Assembly (NCBI RefSeq): GCF_001194135.2
Contig: NC_068993.1
Span: 27,977,908-28,041,907, forward strand
Direction of reading: 5' to 3'
DNA: 64,000 nt
Origin: Octopus bimaculoides
Taxonomy: Eukaryota
This document shows positions 46,539-58,439 of the stretch, piece after piece; positions within the stretch are counted from its first letter, which is position 1, and every line of letters begins with the position of its first letter. The position numbers were made by a program, and so were the translations under genes. The notes under the pieces were generated by a model, which saw nothing but the letters and a program-made list of their open reading frames with translations, made no database searches and was not told the DNA's origin.

Positions 46539-46661
46539 TAGGTTATTCTATATTATTATGAGGAGAAATGTTCCTACTTATAAAACAAGCTTGGCAACAG
46601 GAATAGCACCTGGCTGTAAAAATCCTGTTTTAAATACTTCCTCTATCTAAGTCATGCTAGC

Positions 46662-47882
46662 ATGGAAAAACAGTTATTAAGTGAACAAACAAATGATTAT
46701 GAAGAGAAATTATTTATTGTAAATAGCAGCTTAATTAATAGCAAAATGGTTAAATCAATAGCAAGACCTTATCAATGTGACATTTGTGGCAAAGCATTTA
46801 CCAAAAATAGTCATTTGACAGATCATAGACGTACCCACACAGGTGATAAACCATTCCATTGTGAATTTTGTGCCAAGTCTTTCCCTGTGCAAAGCAGTTT
46901 AATTAAGCATATATTGGTTCATACTGGAGAGAAGCAATACCATTGTGAAATTTGTGGCAAAGCATTCTCACAAAACAGTAACTTAAATAAGCATAAACTT
47001 ATTCATACTGGTGAAAAACCCTATCAATGTGGAGTTTGTGGCAAATCATTTGCTGTTGAAAATTACTTAATTCAACACAAATTTATTCATACAAAAGAGA
47101 AACCATATCACTGTGGAATTTGTGGGAAATTATTTTCTCGTAAGAATTATTTATTAGTTCACAAGCTTGTTCACAAAGTTGTAAAACCTTTCCAGTGTCA
47201 AACTTGTGGAGAGAGCTTTTCTAAAGAAAAAGGTTTAATTCAACATGGAGTGATACACACTGGTGAGAAACCATTTCTGTGTGACATTTGTGGAAAGGCA
47301 TTTTCTCAAAACAACTACCTATTAATTCATAAACGAATTCACCAGCCAGGGAAACCTTACTGTTGTGAATTTTGTGGAAAAGCCTTCACTGTCAATAAAA
47401 ATCTAATCCAGCATAAAGTTGTTCATAGTGGAAATAAACCTTACCACTGTGAAATTTGTGGAAAAATATTTTCCCGAAAGAATGAGTTAACTGTTCACAA
47501 ACGAGTTCATACTGGGGAAAAACCATACCATTGTGAAATTTGTGGAGAAGCTTTTGCTGAGATTGGTACTTTAATAAGACATAAACTGGTTCACACTGGA
47601 GAGAAATCATACTGCTGTGTCATTTGTGGTAAAGCATTTTCACTAAGAACTAACTTAAATAAACATAAACTGGTTCATACAGGAGAGAAACCTTTTCATT
47701 GTGAATTTTGTGGGAAATTATTTACTCAAAACAGTAACTTAATTATACATAAACGTATTCATACAGGTGAGAAGCCCTACCACTGTGATTTTTGTAGGAA
47801 AACCTTCTCTTCAAATGGAAACTTAAAAAGACACAAACTTGTTCACATGGAGAAAGATACAATAGCAAAGAATCTTAGCTAA
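46662..47882 (+). CDS. Poly-C2H2 zinc-finger protein ZNF-E (13 fingers plus an N-terminal relic finger)
   Basis: 406-aa ORF of tandem fingers. Acceptor caatgtttgttttcttcttgtatttcag ends at 46336. Confidence 0.95.
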   Translation: MEKQLLSEQTNDYEEKLFIVNSSLINSKMVKSIARPYQCDICGKAFTKNSHLTDHRRTHTGDKPFHCEFCAKSFPVQSSLIKHILVHTGEKQYHCEICGKAFSQNSNLNKHKLIHTGEKPYQCGVCGKSFAVENYLIQHKFIHTKEKPYHCGICGKLFSRKNYLLVHKLVHKVVKPFQCQTCGESFSKEKGLIQHGVIHTGEKPFLCDICGKAFSQNNYLLIHKRIHQPGKPYCCEFCGKAFTVNKNLIQHKVVHSGNKPYHCEICGKIFSRKNELTVHKRVHTGEKPYHCEICGEAFAEIGTLIRHKLVHTGEKSYCCVICGKAFSLRTNLNKHKLVHTGEKPFHCEFCGKLFTQNSNLIIHKRIHTGEKPYHCDFCRKTFSSNGNLKRHKLVHMEKDTIAKNLS

Positions 47883-48451
47883 GTCGCTTTTTGGATAGTT
47901 TCTTCATTAGATTGGTTCCTTAATCATTGAGAAATATTTTTGAAGTTTTACTTAATACATAACCAACTAAACAGAATTAGTGAATATTCTTAATGTTGCC
48001 TGTATTAATTGGCCATCCACATTCTGTAGCCTTTGAGTAAATAGAATCAATAATTCAGGGTATTGTTAAACTCTCTCGTTGACTGACAATGCTCTGAGAT
48101 CAAATCTCACCAAGGTCATATCCCTTCAGTATTGATAAAAGATACCAATCTGGAGCAGTTGATTGGTGAAACCATAAGAACTTTAGTATTTGGTCCAGCT
48201 CTTTGCATTCTAAGTTCAAATTCAGCTATAGTATACTTGGGTGGTTGACTTAATCCATCACCCAGTTTAACACCAACACTTGGCATTTTGGGTGCTTTTT
48301 CACAGAATCTTTTCTGCTGCAAGCATTCAGACTGGGTCTTTTATTTGAGCATACAACGAATTGAAGGAATTCATTGCTATCTTTAGTCACTCTTTCTGGG
48401 TTGATAAAATAAAGCATCAGTAAGGTACTGGGTCGATGTAATGGACTAACC

Positions 48452-48860
48452 CAGTGGTTCTCAACCATTTATTTGCTTATGGACCCTCTTTGGTTCCTAT
48501 TTTACTCCAGTGGACCCCCTCCGTAGCCATTCGATGTTTGAATAAAATATTATTATATTTTATAACTGAATATTAGGAGAGTCAAGACTATGGAAAAGGT
48601 CGCAAGACGCAACGAACATTTTAGGAAAATAAAAATAAGAAATAAGTGGAAATTTTACCGGTGAGTGTGTTAAATTATAAGGCACAAAAAGAAAATGACT
48701 CTCCCCAGACTCGACTGAATATTAGGAATTGTGTAAAAAAAGTTGTTGAAATATTTTGTGTATTATGGAAGTATAACCAATTTCATTTCACATGAATTTT
48801 AACAACAAAATCTTATATGGACCCCAATATGATCATACGAACTCCAGTTGAGAACCACTG
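48452..48860. mobile_element. hAT-type MITE inserted into a family-3 SINE (about 48330-48915)
   Basis: TIR cagtggttctcaac / gttgagaaccactg. 8-bp TSD gactaacc (48444-48451) / gacgaacc (48861-48868). Confidence 0.85.
48579..48713. mobile_element. 135-bp insertion with a 14-bp TSD inside the hAT MITE
   Basis: actgaatattagga at 48565-48578 and 48714-48727. The body matches the palindrome arm at 52704-52770. Confidence 0.8.
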
Positions 48861-49549
48861 GACGAACCCCTCCCCTAAATTTGCTGGCTTTGTGCCTAAA
48901 TTTTGAAATATGGTCTAAGGGAAATAACTCTGAATTAGAAAGGACCATGAAACTATGTTAACAGTAGTTTTATTCGTGATATAAGCAGTTGTGGGTTTAT
49001 ATTTCTAAATGCATTTATAACAGTTGTTTCTAACAGGCACGAGGCCTGAAATTTGGGAGAAAGAATTATTCACTATCATAAAATATAAAGTTGAACTCAG
49101 AACGTAAAGGATTGAAAGAATATCACAAGCCATTTCTTCTGATACTAATGGTTCTGCCAATTTTCTTCTCATAAATGTATTTATAACACTGATCTTTGAG
49201 ATGGACACAAAGCGTCATAATTTGTATGGAGGAAACACTCAATTATATTGTCACCAATACTTGACTGGTACTTACTTTATCAACCGTGGAAGAATGAAAA
49301 ACAAAGTTACCACCAGAAGAATCCAACCTCAGAATATAACCAGCTACCACAAGTCTGTTACCTTGCCAATTCTGCCAATCCACTGCTCTTAAATTCAGTT
49401 CTCATAAGGTTTGCTAATACCAGCTCACACATTTTGGGAAAGGGTTTAGTTGATTTAACTGACATCAATACTTTACTGGTATTTATTTTACTGTCCTTAA
49501 ATGAAATTTTTATAATAAACAAGAAGCAATTTATTACGCATGGATTTTT

Positions 49550-49985
49550 TTTTTATACTCTTTACTTATTTCAGTCATTTGACTGCGGCCATGCTGGAGC
49601 ACCGCCTTTAGTCGAGCAAATCGACCCCTGGACTTATTTTTTGTAAGCCTAGTACTTATTCTATTGGTCTCTTTTGCCGAACTGCTAAGTGACGGGGACA
49701 TGAACACACCAGCATCGGTTATCATGCAATGCTAGAGGGACAAACACAGACACACACATATATATATGTATATATATCTATATATATATATAGATTTATA
49801 TACATATACACACATACATACGATGGGCTTCTTTCAGTTTCCATCTACCAAATCCACTCACAAGGCTTTGGTTGGCCTGAGGCTATAGTAGAAGACACTT
49901 GCCCAAGATGCCACGCAGTAGGACTGAACCCAGAACCGTGTGGTTGGTAAGCAAGCTACTTACCGCACAGCCACTCCTGCGCCTA
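49550..49985 (-). mobile_element. SINE, family 2, full length
   Basis: Reverse complement of the family-2 pattern, with an expanded central (TA) tract. Confidence 0.88.
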
Positions 49986-50556
49986 TATGCGTCATCTATG
50001 AAAAAACATTTTTTCCTGGTGTGTATTTAGCATCATAAAACCAAATTTGAACTCTATATATAGTTATAATGAACTGTTCGTGAGCTTGAAGACTTTCTTT
50101 TCATATGTAAATTGAAATATTTTTACATGCTTTGGAGAAAATGTTGCTATAACCCTTTTACTGTGGAAAACTCAAGAAGACGTTGACAATACAAATATTT
50201 CTTTTAAATATTTAAACCTTTTTGTATATGAAAATAAATGGCAAAGTTTTCATTGGTTAGCTTGATCTATACTACTAGTCAGCTGTAATGTTTCACTCAG
50301 GTTTTTGTAAATTTGTTGGGGACTAAATGTTTAACTAGATGCCTACAGACACACACACACACATTCGATATTTCAGCGACCGTATCCCCGCGATCTACTG
50401 TTCAAAGATGAGAAACACGAAACTGAGTAACAGTTAATGTTTTCAGTAAATATGATAAAAATTTATATCTCGTATTGGATACTTTCTTTTCTTCTCATTC
50501 GACTTTTTTTTCTTTTACTGAGATGGGATGCGCAAAATTTAAACACATACACAAAC

Positions 50557-50880
50557 ATAGGCACAGGCGTGGCTACATAATAAAAAGCTTGCTTCCCAAA
50601 TATGTGTTTTTAGGTACAATCTCAATGCCTGGGGCCAACCAAACTTTGTAACAAGATTTGACAGACAGAAACTAAAAGAAGTCCGTCATATGTATGTGTT
50701 TGTGTTTCTCCCACATCACCGCTTGACAACCGGTGTTTGTTTGTTTACGTCCCCATAAATTAGCAGTTCTGCAAAAACAGTACCACGTTTAAAATAAATA
50801 CCGGGATCGATTTGTTTGACTAAACCATTCAACGTAGTGCTCCAGAATGGCTGGAGTCCAATGATAAAAACAAATAAAGA
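50557..50880 (+). mobile_element. Older SINE, family 2
   Basis: cataggcacaggcgtggct...agaaactaaaagaagtccgtc...tgctccagaatggc...aaacaaataaaga. Confidence 0.75.
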
Positions 50881-50900
50881 TATCATCATATATATATATG

Positions 50901-51186
50901 TAAGCCTAGTACTTATTCTATCGGTCTTTTTTGCCGAACCGCTAGGTTACGGGGATGTAAACACACTAGCATCGGTTGTCAAGCGATGTTGGGGGGACAA
51001 ACACAAACATACATATATATATACCTATATACGACGAGTTTCTTTCAGTTTCCGTCTACCAAATCCACTCACAAGGCTTTGGTCGGCCTGAGGCTATAGT
51101 AGAAGACACTTGCCCAAGGTGCCACGCAGTGGGACTGGACCCGGAACCATGTGGTTGGTAAGCAAGCTACTTACCACACAGCCACA
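50901..51186 (-). mobile_element. SINE, family 2 (3'-truncated), inverted relative to its neighbour
   Basis: gtaagcctagtacttattc...ccggaaccatgtggttggtaagcaagctacttaccacacagccac. Confidence 0.85.
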
Positions 51187-51242
51187 TTGATAGAAAAGAC
51201 AAGAAAAGAAAGAGACCTCGATATTATGTAAATAGAGGAATT

Positions 51243-52520
51243 TATCTGTAAATAATATGTGACAATTATTCGGTAGCCATGATAAAACTCTGGATTTCGG
51301 ATGTCGGGGTGGAAACCCACATTGCCATCTCTTTAGTTATCAGGCTATGAAAATGACTGTTAAACAAAGGGAAATTACTGTGTGATTGACCATTATTACG
51401 ACAAAAGAGCCATTAGATTGACTGCTAAGTGAGGAGAGAGAGTAAAGATAAAGGAGTAAAAACGTCCATAGTATTCACGTAAGCGCACAAGTCCATACAT
51501 ACACATGCGTGCCCGCACACCCACATTCATGTGCCTATATGTATATATTCATCCACCCTCACTTGAAACACACACATACTCACCTACACATTCGCCAAAT
51601 AATATATACACACCCGCATACACGCTCGCACACAAAAAAGGTTCATACACATGTCTATATATGCACATGCACAAGAAAAAACGGCTAAAGGCAAAATTCA
51701 GAAAAAAGTGTAAAAAAGCAATAAGAGTAAAATATGTCTATATATGCACACACTCGCATGCACGCACACACACACGTCTATATACGCACATACCCGCACA
51801 CATCCACAAGCACGCACAAAAGGTTCCATATACCTGTCTATATACGTACAGGAAAAAATGCAGGGTGGAAGGTAGAATACAGAAAAAATATGTGTAAAGA
51901 ATATATGAGCAATAAACCTATAAAACAATATCTCTATAAATATGTAAAAAAATATAAAAAATATATAAGAAATATAAGTAAAAAGTATAGAGAGATAAAA
52001 AGCTTGTACGTGGACACAATATAGAAAGCAAGTCCTATCTGTAATCTCGGGGGGACCAAAAATGTAACAAATATTTAGTCACAGTGGACATGGTCCAAAA
52101 AGTTCAGTTCTTGAATTTAGACATGTGGCAGGGTCTAAGCTGTGTGTGCGAGTGTGTATGCAGGTATGTATATATTTTTTGGTGAATTTGTGGGCGAGTA
52201 TGTGTGTTTCAAGTGAGGGTGGATGAGGATATACATATAGGCGCATGTACGTGGGTGTGCGGGCACGCATGTGTATGTATGGACTGGTGCACTTACACGA
52301 ATACTATGGACATTTTTACTCCCTCCCCTCACTTAGCGGTCATTCTAATAGCTCTTTTGTCTTAATAACGGTCAATCACACAGTTATTTCCCTTTTTTAA
52401 CGGTCATTTTCATAGCATTTTTCCGATGGCCAGATAACTGAAAAGATGGCGGCATGGGTTTCCGCCCGGACATCCGAAACTTGGATCATGGCTACCGAAT
52501 AATTGTCACATATTATTTAC

Positions 52521-52525
<5 letters not shown>
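51243..52525. mobile_element. About 1.28-kb foldback DNA element with about 390-bp TIRs
   Basis: The terminal 40 bp (tatctgtaaataatatgtgacaattattcggtagccatga) are perfectly inverted at 52486-52525. Imperfect arms span 51243-51630 and 52140-52525. TA flanks. Confidence 0.88.
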
Positions 52526-52558
<33 letters not shown>

Positions 52559-52610
52559 CGTTTTTGGATTTGGTTTGCAAGATTTTTTATGTGATTTCAT
52601 GTGTTGAAGC

Positions 52611-52780
52611 ATATTCTGTTGTGTCTGGGGAGAGACATTTTCTTTTCGTGCCTTAAAATTTAACACACTCACTGTTAAAATTTCCACTTATTTTATAAAA
52701 ATTATAAGTGGAAATTTTAACGGTGTGTTAAATTTTAAGGCACGAAAAGAAAATGACTCTCCCCAGACACAACAGTATAT
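52611..52780. repeat. About 170-bp near-perfect palindrome between (TA)n tracts
   Basis: ctgttgtgtctggggagagacattttcttttcgtgccttaaaatttaacacac...ccacttat / ataagtgg...gtgtgttaaattttaaggcacgaaaagaaaatgactctccccagacacaacag. Confidence 0.9.
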
Positions 52781-54450
52781 ATATATATATATATTCTGTT
52801 TTGTATTTGGTTTGTAAGGCACTAAAATAGAATGACTCTCCCCTGACGCAATGCATACATACATATATATATGTACTAGCAAACACCTCCTCCCCCGTCC
52901 ATTGCACTGTTTGTATAGGTGAAGAGAGTTTACTTGGACGGTGTTAAGTTGTGGAGATGTTTGGTAATTGTATGGAGTTGTTACTTTTGGTTAGGGCATT
53001 AAAGATTCCTGAGACATTAAAATTGTTTCTTCTAAATAAGGAAAATTTGATTGATAGTGAATCTTAACAGTGAACCTTTTCAAAATTATCATAAGGCCAA
53101 TAAAATGAAGGACAGCTGTTCAGCCCACAATATATACAACTTCCAGTGGAATTGGACATCATAATTAACCTTAAACTTTTACACTCAAACACTTTCACAT
53201 TATGATAAGCACAATGTACTCTTCCATAGTACATACCTCATGTTGACACCTATACGTCAGACAGAATGCTGTTTTATCTTCAAAGTGAATATTCCAAGTG
53301 ATATTTAAGCTTTTGCATTTGACGACTGTTGCTTTACATATTTTATTTCAATTTTTACTGGTGTAAGAACTACAGGATAAGTAACATTAGTTTCAAATAA
53401 CAATATAAATGGATGTTTTAATCACCTGATGGACAGGCGAACAGAAACTGCTACTTAATAAAGGAGCAAAAGTGCTTAGGGAAGTCTCTCTTCTCTCAAA
53501 AACTGACACAAAAAGAGTTGAAACTCGGGGGTGAAATAACACAATGTGCAATAAAATAACATTAGGCATGTTCTTTGAAAATCAATTTTATCTCAAAAAT
53601 TGAACAATACTGCTTATTTTTTTAAGAAGGTTTTAGATGTAACCCCAGCCATTTTTTTCATTTTTTTATAAGCAATCAATTAGTCCTTTCTACGTTCAAT
53701 TGAATTTTGTTGAGAATATCTTCAGAAAATTGAGTAATCACCAGTTATTTAATTGCTTTATTTTCACTTTTTTGCTCACTTAAAGTAACTGCCATTTCCT
53801 AGTAGTTTTCCATGTCAGCTGGTTTATTGCAAGGAAAACAGCGGCACAAGTACCAGTAAGGTGATGCTGGTAACGATCATGCTCAGATGGTGTTATTTAT
53901 GTGCCACTGGCATGGAAGCCAGACAGCTGCTCTGGCAATGATCACGCTCAGACGGTGCTCTTAGCACTCCACTGGCACAGGTCCCAGTCATCGAATTTGG
54001 TTCAATCATGATTTTGATTTCACTTGCTCCAACAGGTCTTTGAAAGCCAAGTTTAATGTCCAATATATATATATCTGTATATATATGTATATAAATATGC
54101 ATATAGTGGTGGCGCAATGGCCCAGTGATTAGGGCAGCGGACTCGCAGTTGTAGGATCGCGGTTTCGATTTCCTGACCAGGCGTTGTGAGTGTTTATTGA
54201 GCGAAAACACTTAAAGTTCCATGAGGCTCCGGCAGANNNNNNNNNNNNNNNNNNNNNNNNNNNNNNNNNNNNNNNNNNNNNNNNNNNNNNNNNNNNNNNN
54301 NNNNNNNNNNNNNNNNNNNNNNNNNNNNNNNNNNNNNNNNNNNNNNNNNNNNNNNNNNNNNNNNNNNNNNNNNNNNNNNNTATATGCATATGTGTATATA
54401 TGCATATCTATATATATATATATATATATGTATATAAATATGCATATAGT

Positions 54451-54809
54451 GGTGGCGCAATGGCCCAGTGATTAGGGCAGCGGACTCGCAGTTGTAGGAT
54501 CGCGGTTTCGATTTCCTGACCAGGCGTTGTGAGTGTTTATTGAGCGAAAACACTTAAAGTTCCATGAGGCTCCGGCAGAAAATGGTAGCAAACCCTGCTG
54601 TACTCTTTCACCACAATGTTCTTCCTGTTTCTGTTGTACCTCTATTTCAAAGGGCTAGCTTGCCACACTCTGTGTCACGATGAAAACTATGTTATGGGTA
54701 CATGTGTCTGTGGGGTGCTCAGCCACTTGCACATCAATTTTACGAGCAGGCTGTTCCGTTGATCGGATCAACTGGAACCCTCGTCGTCGTAACCAATGGA
54801 GTGCCAACA
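54451..54809 (+). mobile_element. SINE, family 1 (a partial duplicate at 54108-54236 precedes the gap)
   Basis: ggtggcgcaatggcccagtgattagggc...gttgatcggatcaactggaaccc...gtgccaaca. Confidence 0.88.
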
Positions 54810-54813
54810 TATT

Positions 54814-54850
<37 letters not shown>

Positions 54851-54853
<3 letters not shown>

Positions 54854-56172
54854 GCAAAGACCAAAGTTCTAGTAAGTAGGAAGGTGAACACATCACACAC
54901 CTCCTCGGGTAGGTGGCCTTGCTCTATGTGTAAAAAGGGTGTAAGTAGAAACTCCATAAGATGTACCCAGTGTAAACTATGGACACGTAAGAGGTGCAGC
55001 AACATCAAAGGAAGATTAACCGAGAAGATAGCTTTTGTGTGTGGCAGATGCACAGGGGCAATAGACACCACAGATGCTCAGAAAACAAATTCCATCACAC
55101 TCCAAGTGGAGAGACTAGAAGTAGTTGATAGCTTCCGCTACCTAGGTGTCCAAGTTAGTAGTGGGGGTGGATGCTCAGAGAGTGTTACCACTAGAATAAG
55201 AATAGCCTGGGCAAAGTTTAGAAAGCTTCTACCCCTACTGGTGATAAAGGGCCTCTCGCTCAGAGTGAAAGGTAGACTGTACGATGCATGTGTGCGAACT
55301 GCCATGCTTCAGGGCAGTGAAACATGGGCTGTGACTACGGAGGACATGTGTAGGCTCAAAAGAAATGAAGCTAGCATGATCTGCTGGATGTGTAATGTCA
55401 GTGTGCACATAAACAGAGTGTAAGCACCCTGAGAGAAATGTTGGACATAAGAAGCATAGGATGTGGCATGCAAGTACTACGGATGGATGAGGAGAGATGT
55501 GTGAAGAAGTGCCACTCCCAAACAGTTGAAGGAATCCAGGGTAGAGGTAGACCCAGGAAGACATGGAATGAGGTGGTCAAGTTAAGCATGACCTTCAAAT
55601 GTTGGGCCTCACAGAAGCAATGACAAAAAACTGAGACCTCTGGAAATATGCTGTGACTGCAAAGACCCGGCAAATAAAGTGAGTTCACAGTTGTATCCTA
55701 CACCAGTTTCACATAACCAGCCCCAGCCCCAGCCCATTCAAAAGTACCTTGGATCGTAGGGCAACTGGCTGTGCTTGAGGAGACCTATTGAGTCAAGTAC
55801 ATCAACATCAAAATGAAAATCAAATGGAAATTGTAGTCATGATACCTGTGCTGGTGGCACATAAAAAGCACCATCCGAACATGGCCGATGTCAGCGCCGC
55901 CTTGACTGGCTTCTGTGCCGGTGGTACGTAAAAAGCACCAACCGATCGTGGCCGTTGCCAGCCTCCTCTGGCCCCTGTGCTGGTGGCACGTAAAAAGCAC
56001 CCACTACACTCACGGAGTGGTTGGCATTAGGAAGAGCATCCAGCTGAAGAAACACTGCCAGAATAGACTGGGGCCTGGTGCAGCCTCCTGGCTTCCCAGA
56101 CCCCGGTTGAACTGTCCAACCCATGCTAGCATGGAAAATGGACGTTAAACAATGATGAAGCTGATGATGATA
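54851..56172 (+). mobile_element. 5'-truncated RTE LINE inserted at the (TA)n tail of a SINE
   Basis: KTKVLVS...[Cys-rich]...LEVVDSFRYLG...RIAWAKFRKLLPLL...KGRLYDACVRTAML..SETWA...GRGRPRKTWNEVV. 3' UTR repeats and a ggacgttaaacaatgatga tail. Confidence 0.92.
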
Positions 56173-57226
56173 TTTTCACACACACACATCAAAACAGTTT
56201 GATTCACATCTCTCGGTACTCTGAGTTTCAAGTGTGTGGTTAGTCTTTGGCCATTGGGATCTGAATAAGAGTTTGACTGAAGAGAGTCAATGTTTACTAC
56301 TGGTTGTTAGCCTGTGATTGGTCAAAAAAGGTCACAACACAGTATAGCAGTCTGATGTTGGTACCCCAGCAACAACAATTACTTGGAAAATACCACATGG
56401 TAAACTGGAAATCGATTGCATGGTGAACTAGAAATTGACCGTATGGTGGACAGGAAATCAGTCTTGTGGTTGGGGGGAAGTAGGAATAGGCAGTAGATGT
56501 TGGGGGTATATATGTATTTATGTACATGTATATGCCCATATATCTGTATGCATGCATCTGTACTTATACAAGTGTGTATGTGTGCTTAGATATACATTTA
56601 CACATCCATGCATGAGTACAGTTACACACAGGAAGGCACACACGCACATACACACATCAAAGCACATGCGCACATACATACACACATGCATGCACAGCTT
56701 TATCTCCATGTACATATGTGAAAGGACGGCTGGATTGTAAAAATTACAATCCAACCGTCCTTTCACACGTAATTTTGTCTATTTCTAAACCATAATACTA
56801 AAGTGACTTTACATATAAAAGAACTGTTATTATGTATATCAGTATATATATATATAAGTGTTGGCCTTTTATGGTTCTAGTAATTGTTCATGTTATATAA
56901 TATTATGTTATGTTACATTATATTCATGGTATTTCATGTAGTATTGTAATATAAATAAATTATTGGATTGTCAATAGTATATCTCTATATGTAATTTATC
57001 TTTATATATATAAATTGAAAGGTATAGTGAATAAGCGAGCTTTATAACATTCCCATATGATAGTATGGGAATGTTATAAAGTTGTTCTGACCAATTAGAG
57101 CATTTATTCATTATACCTTTCAATTTATTTTCCCTTTCATTTCAGTGTTACCTGAGCACTTTCATCTGCAGTCCTATTTTTATTCTTTGGTTTAACGAAA
57201 TTAATTTTCAGTTTAATGAAATTATC

Positions 57227-57263
<37 letters not shown>

Positions 57264-57273
57264 NNNNNNNNNN

Positions 57274-57311
<38 letters not shown>

Positions 57312-57516
57312 TTATGTATATGTACTGTATATATATTTGTATATATGTATATACAAAAGATGAAGACAAGTGTATAAACAATTTATGGTTTAGTCATTGT
57401 GATTGCTATATTTAGCATGCCGGTACTGCTTGTTAGTACCCTTAATTATTAATTGATAACTTTTTACTGTCATGGGTTTTTTACACATATTAAGCCACTG
57501 ATATTATCATAAACAA

Positions 57517-57545
57517 CTAGCTGGACCCGTGAAAAATTCATGGAA
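57517..57545 (-). mobile_element. Helitron 3' terminus
   Basis: The minus strand reads ccatgaatttttcacgggtccagCTAG|t, a hairpin plus CTAG matching the end of the 28201-28672 element. Confidence 0.7.
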
Positions 57546-57589
57546 AATATAAAAAAATGTAAACATCTGTAAACAGTGTACTGGTGTGA

Positions 57590-57755
57590 TGAGAAATGTT
57601 TACATATTATGACCGTCTGTCTTTACATTTTGAGTTCAAATTCTGCTGAGGTCGACTTTATCTTTCGTCCTTTCAGGGTCGATAAATTAAGTACCAGTTG
57701 TGTATTGGGGTCAATCTAATCAACTGTATCCCCCCAACAAAAATTTCAGGCCTAG
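57590..57755 (+). mobile_element. SINE, family 3
   Basis: ttttgagttcaaattctgctgaggtcgacttt...gggtcgataaattaagtaccagttg. Confidence 0.8.
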
Positions 57756-57924
57756 AAAAGTATATTGTGACAGTTACAGAATATAGAAAGTAATGTAACA
57801 CCAATGACTATATAATCCAACCAAAATAACTCAGTTACACAAACACAAATACTATTTAACCTTAAAATACATTGTACATATTCAAAGAACCTTCTCGGTT
57901 TGGAGGTATGGAACGTTTTTCTGG

Positions 57925-58146
57925 TATTCTTTTATTCTTTTACTTGTTTCAGTCATTTGAGGGTGGCCATGCTGTAGCACCACCCTTTAGTTGAAGATAT
58001 TGACCCCTGGACTTATTCCCTGTAAGCTTGGTGCTTATTCTATCAGTCTCTTCTGCTGAACAGCTAAATTACAGAAATGCAAACGCACCATCATCAGTGG
58101 TCAAGCAATGGTGGTGGTGGTGGGACAAACAAATACAGGCACACAC

Positions 58147-58177
<31 letters not shown>

Positions 58178-58215
58178 CATAGATATATACATACATAGAT
58201 ATATATATATATATG
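57925..58215 (-). mobile_element. SINE, family 2 (3' part)
   Basis: ttcttttacttgtttcagtcatttga..ggccatgctg...gggacaaac...gatgggctt. Confidence 0.75.
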
Positions 58216-58439
58216 ATGGGCTTGGAGGTAGTGGTGATGATGGCTGGTGCGATTTTGTGGTTTGCTGGTATACTGAGAGAGATCCAGTGGGCCTCTAACT
58301 GGTTCCCCGATCTTAAAGGTATAATGTGGATGTGTAATGATGGAGCAGCTGGTGTGGTGGTCTTCCTCACAGAACTTCATGGTAGATTATATTTTGTGTG
58401 TATGTCACACCATGCTTTTGGCTTTGTCTGTTATTCCAA

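Noticed and set aside
54040-54580. Apparent tandem duplication of a family-1 SINE
   Set aside because: Identical sequence on both sides of an N gap is a typical scaffolding overlap artefact. The same applies around the gap at 26461-26548.
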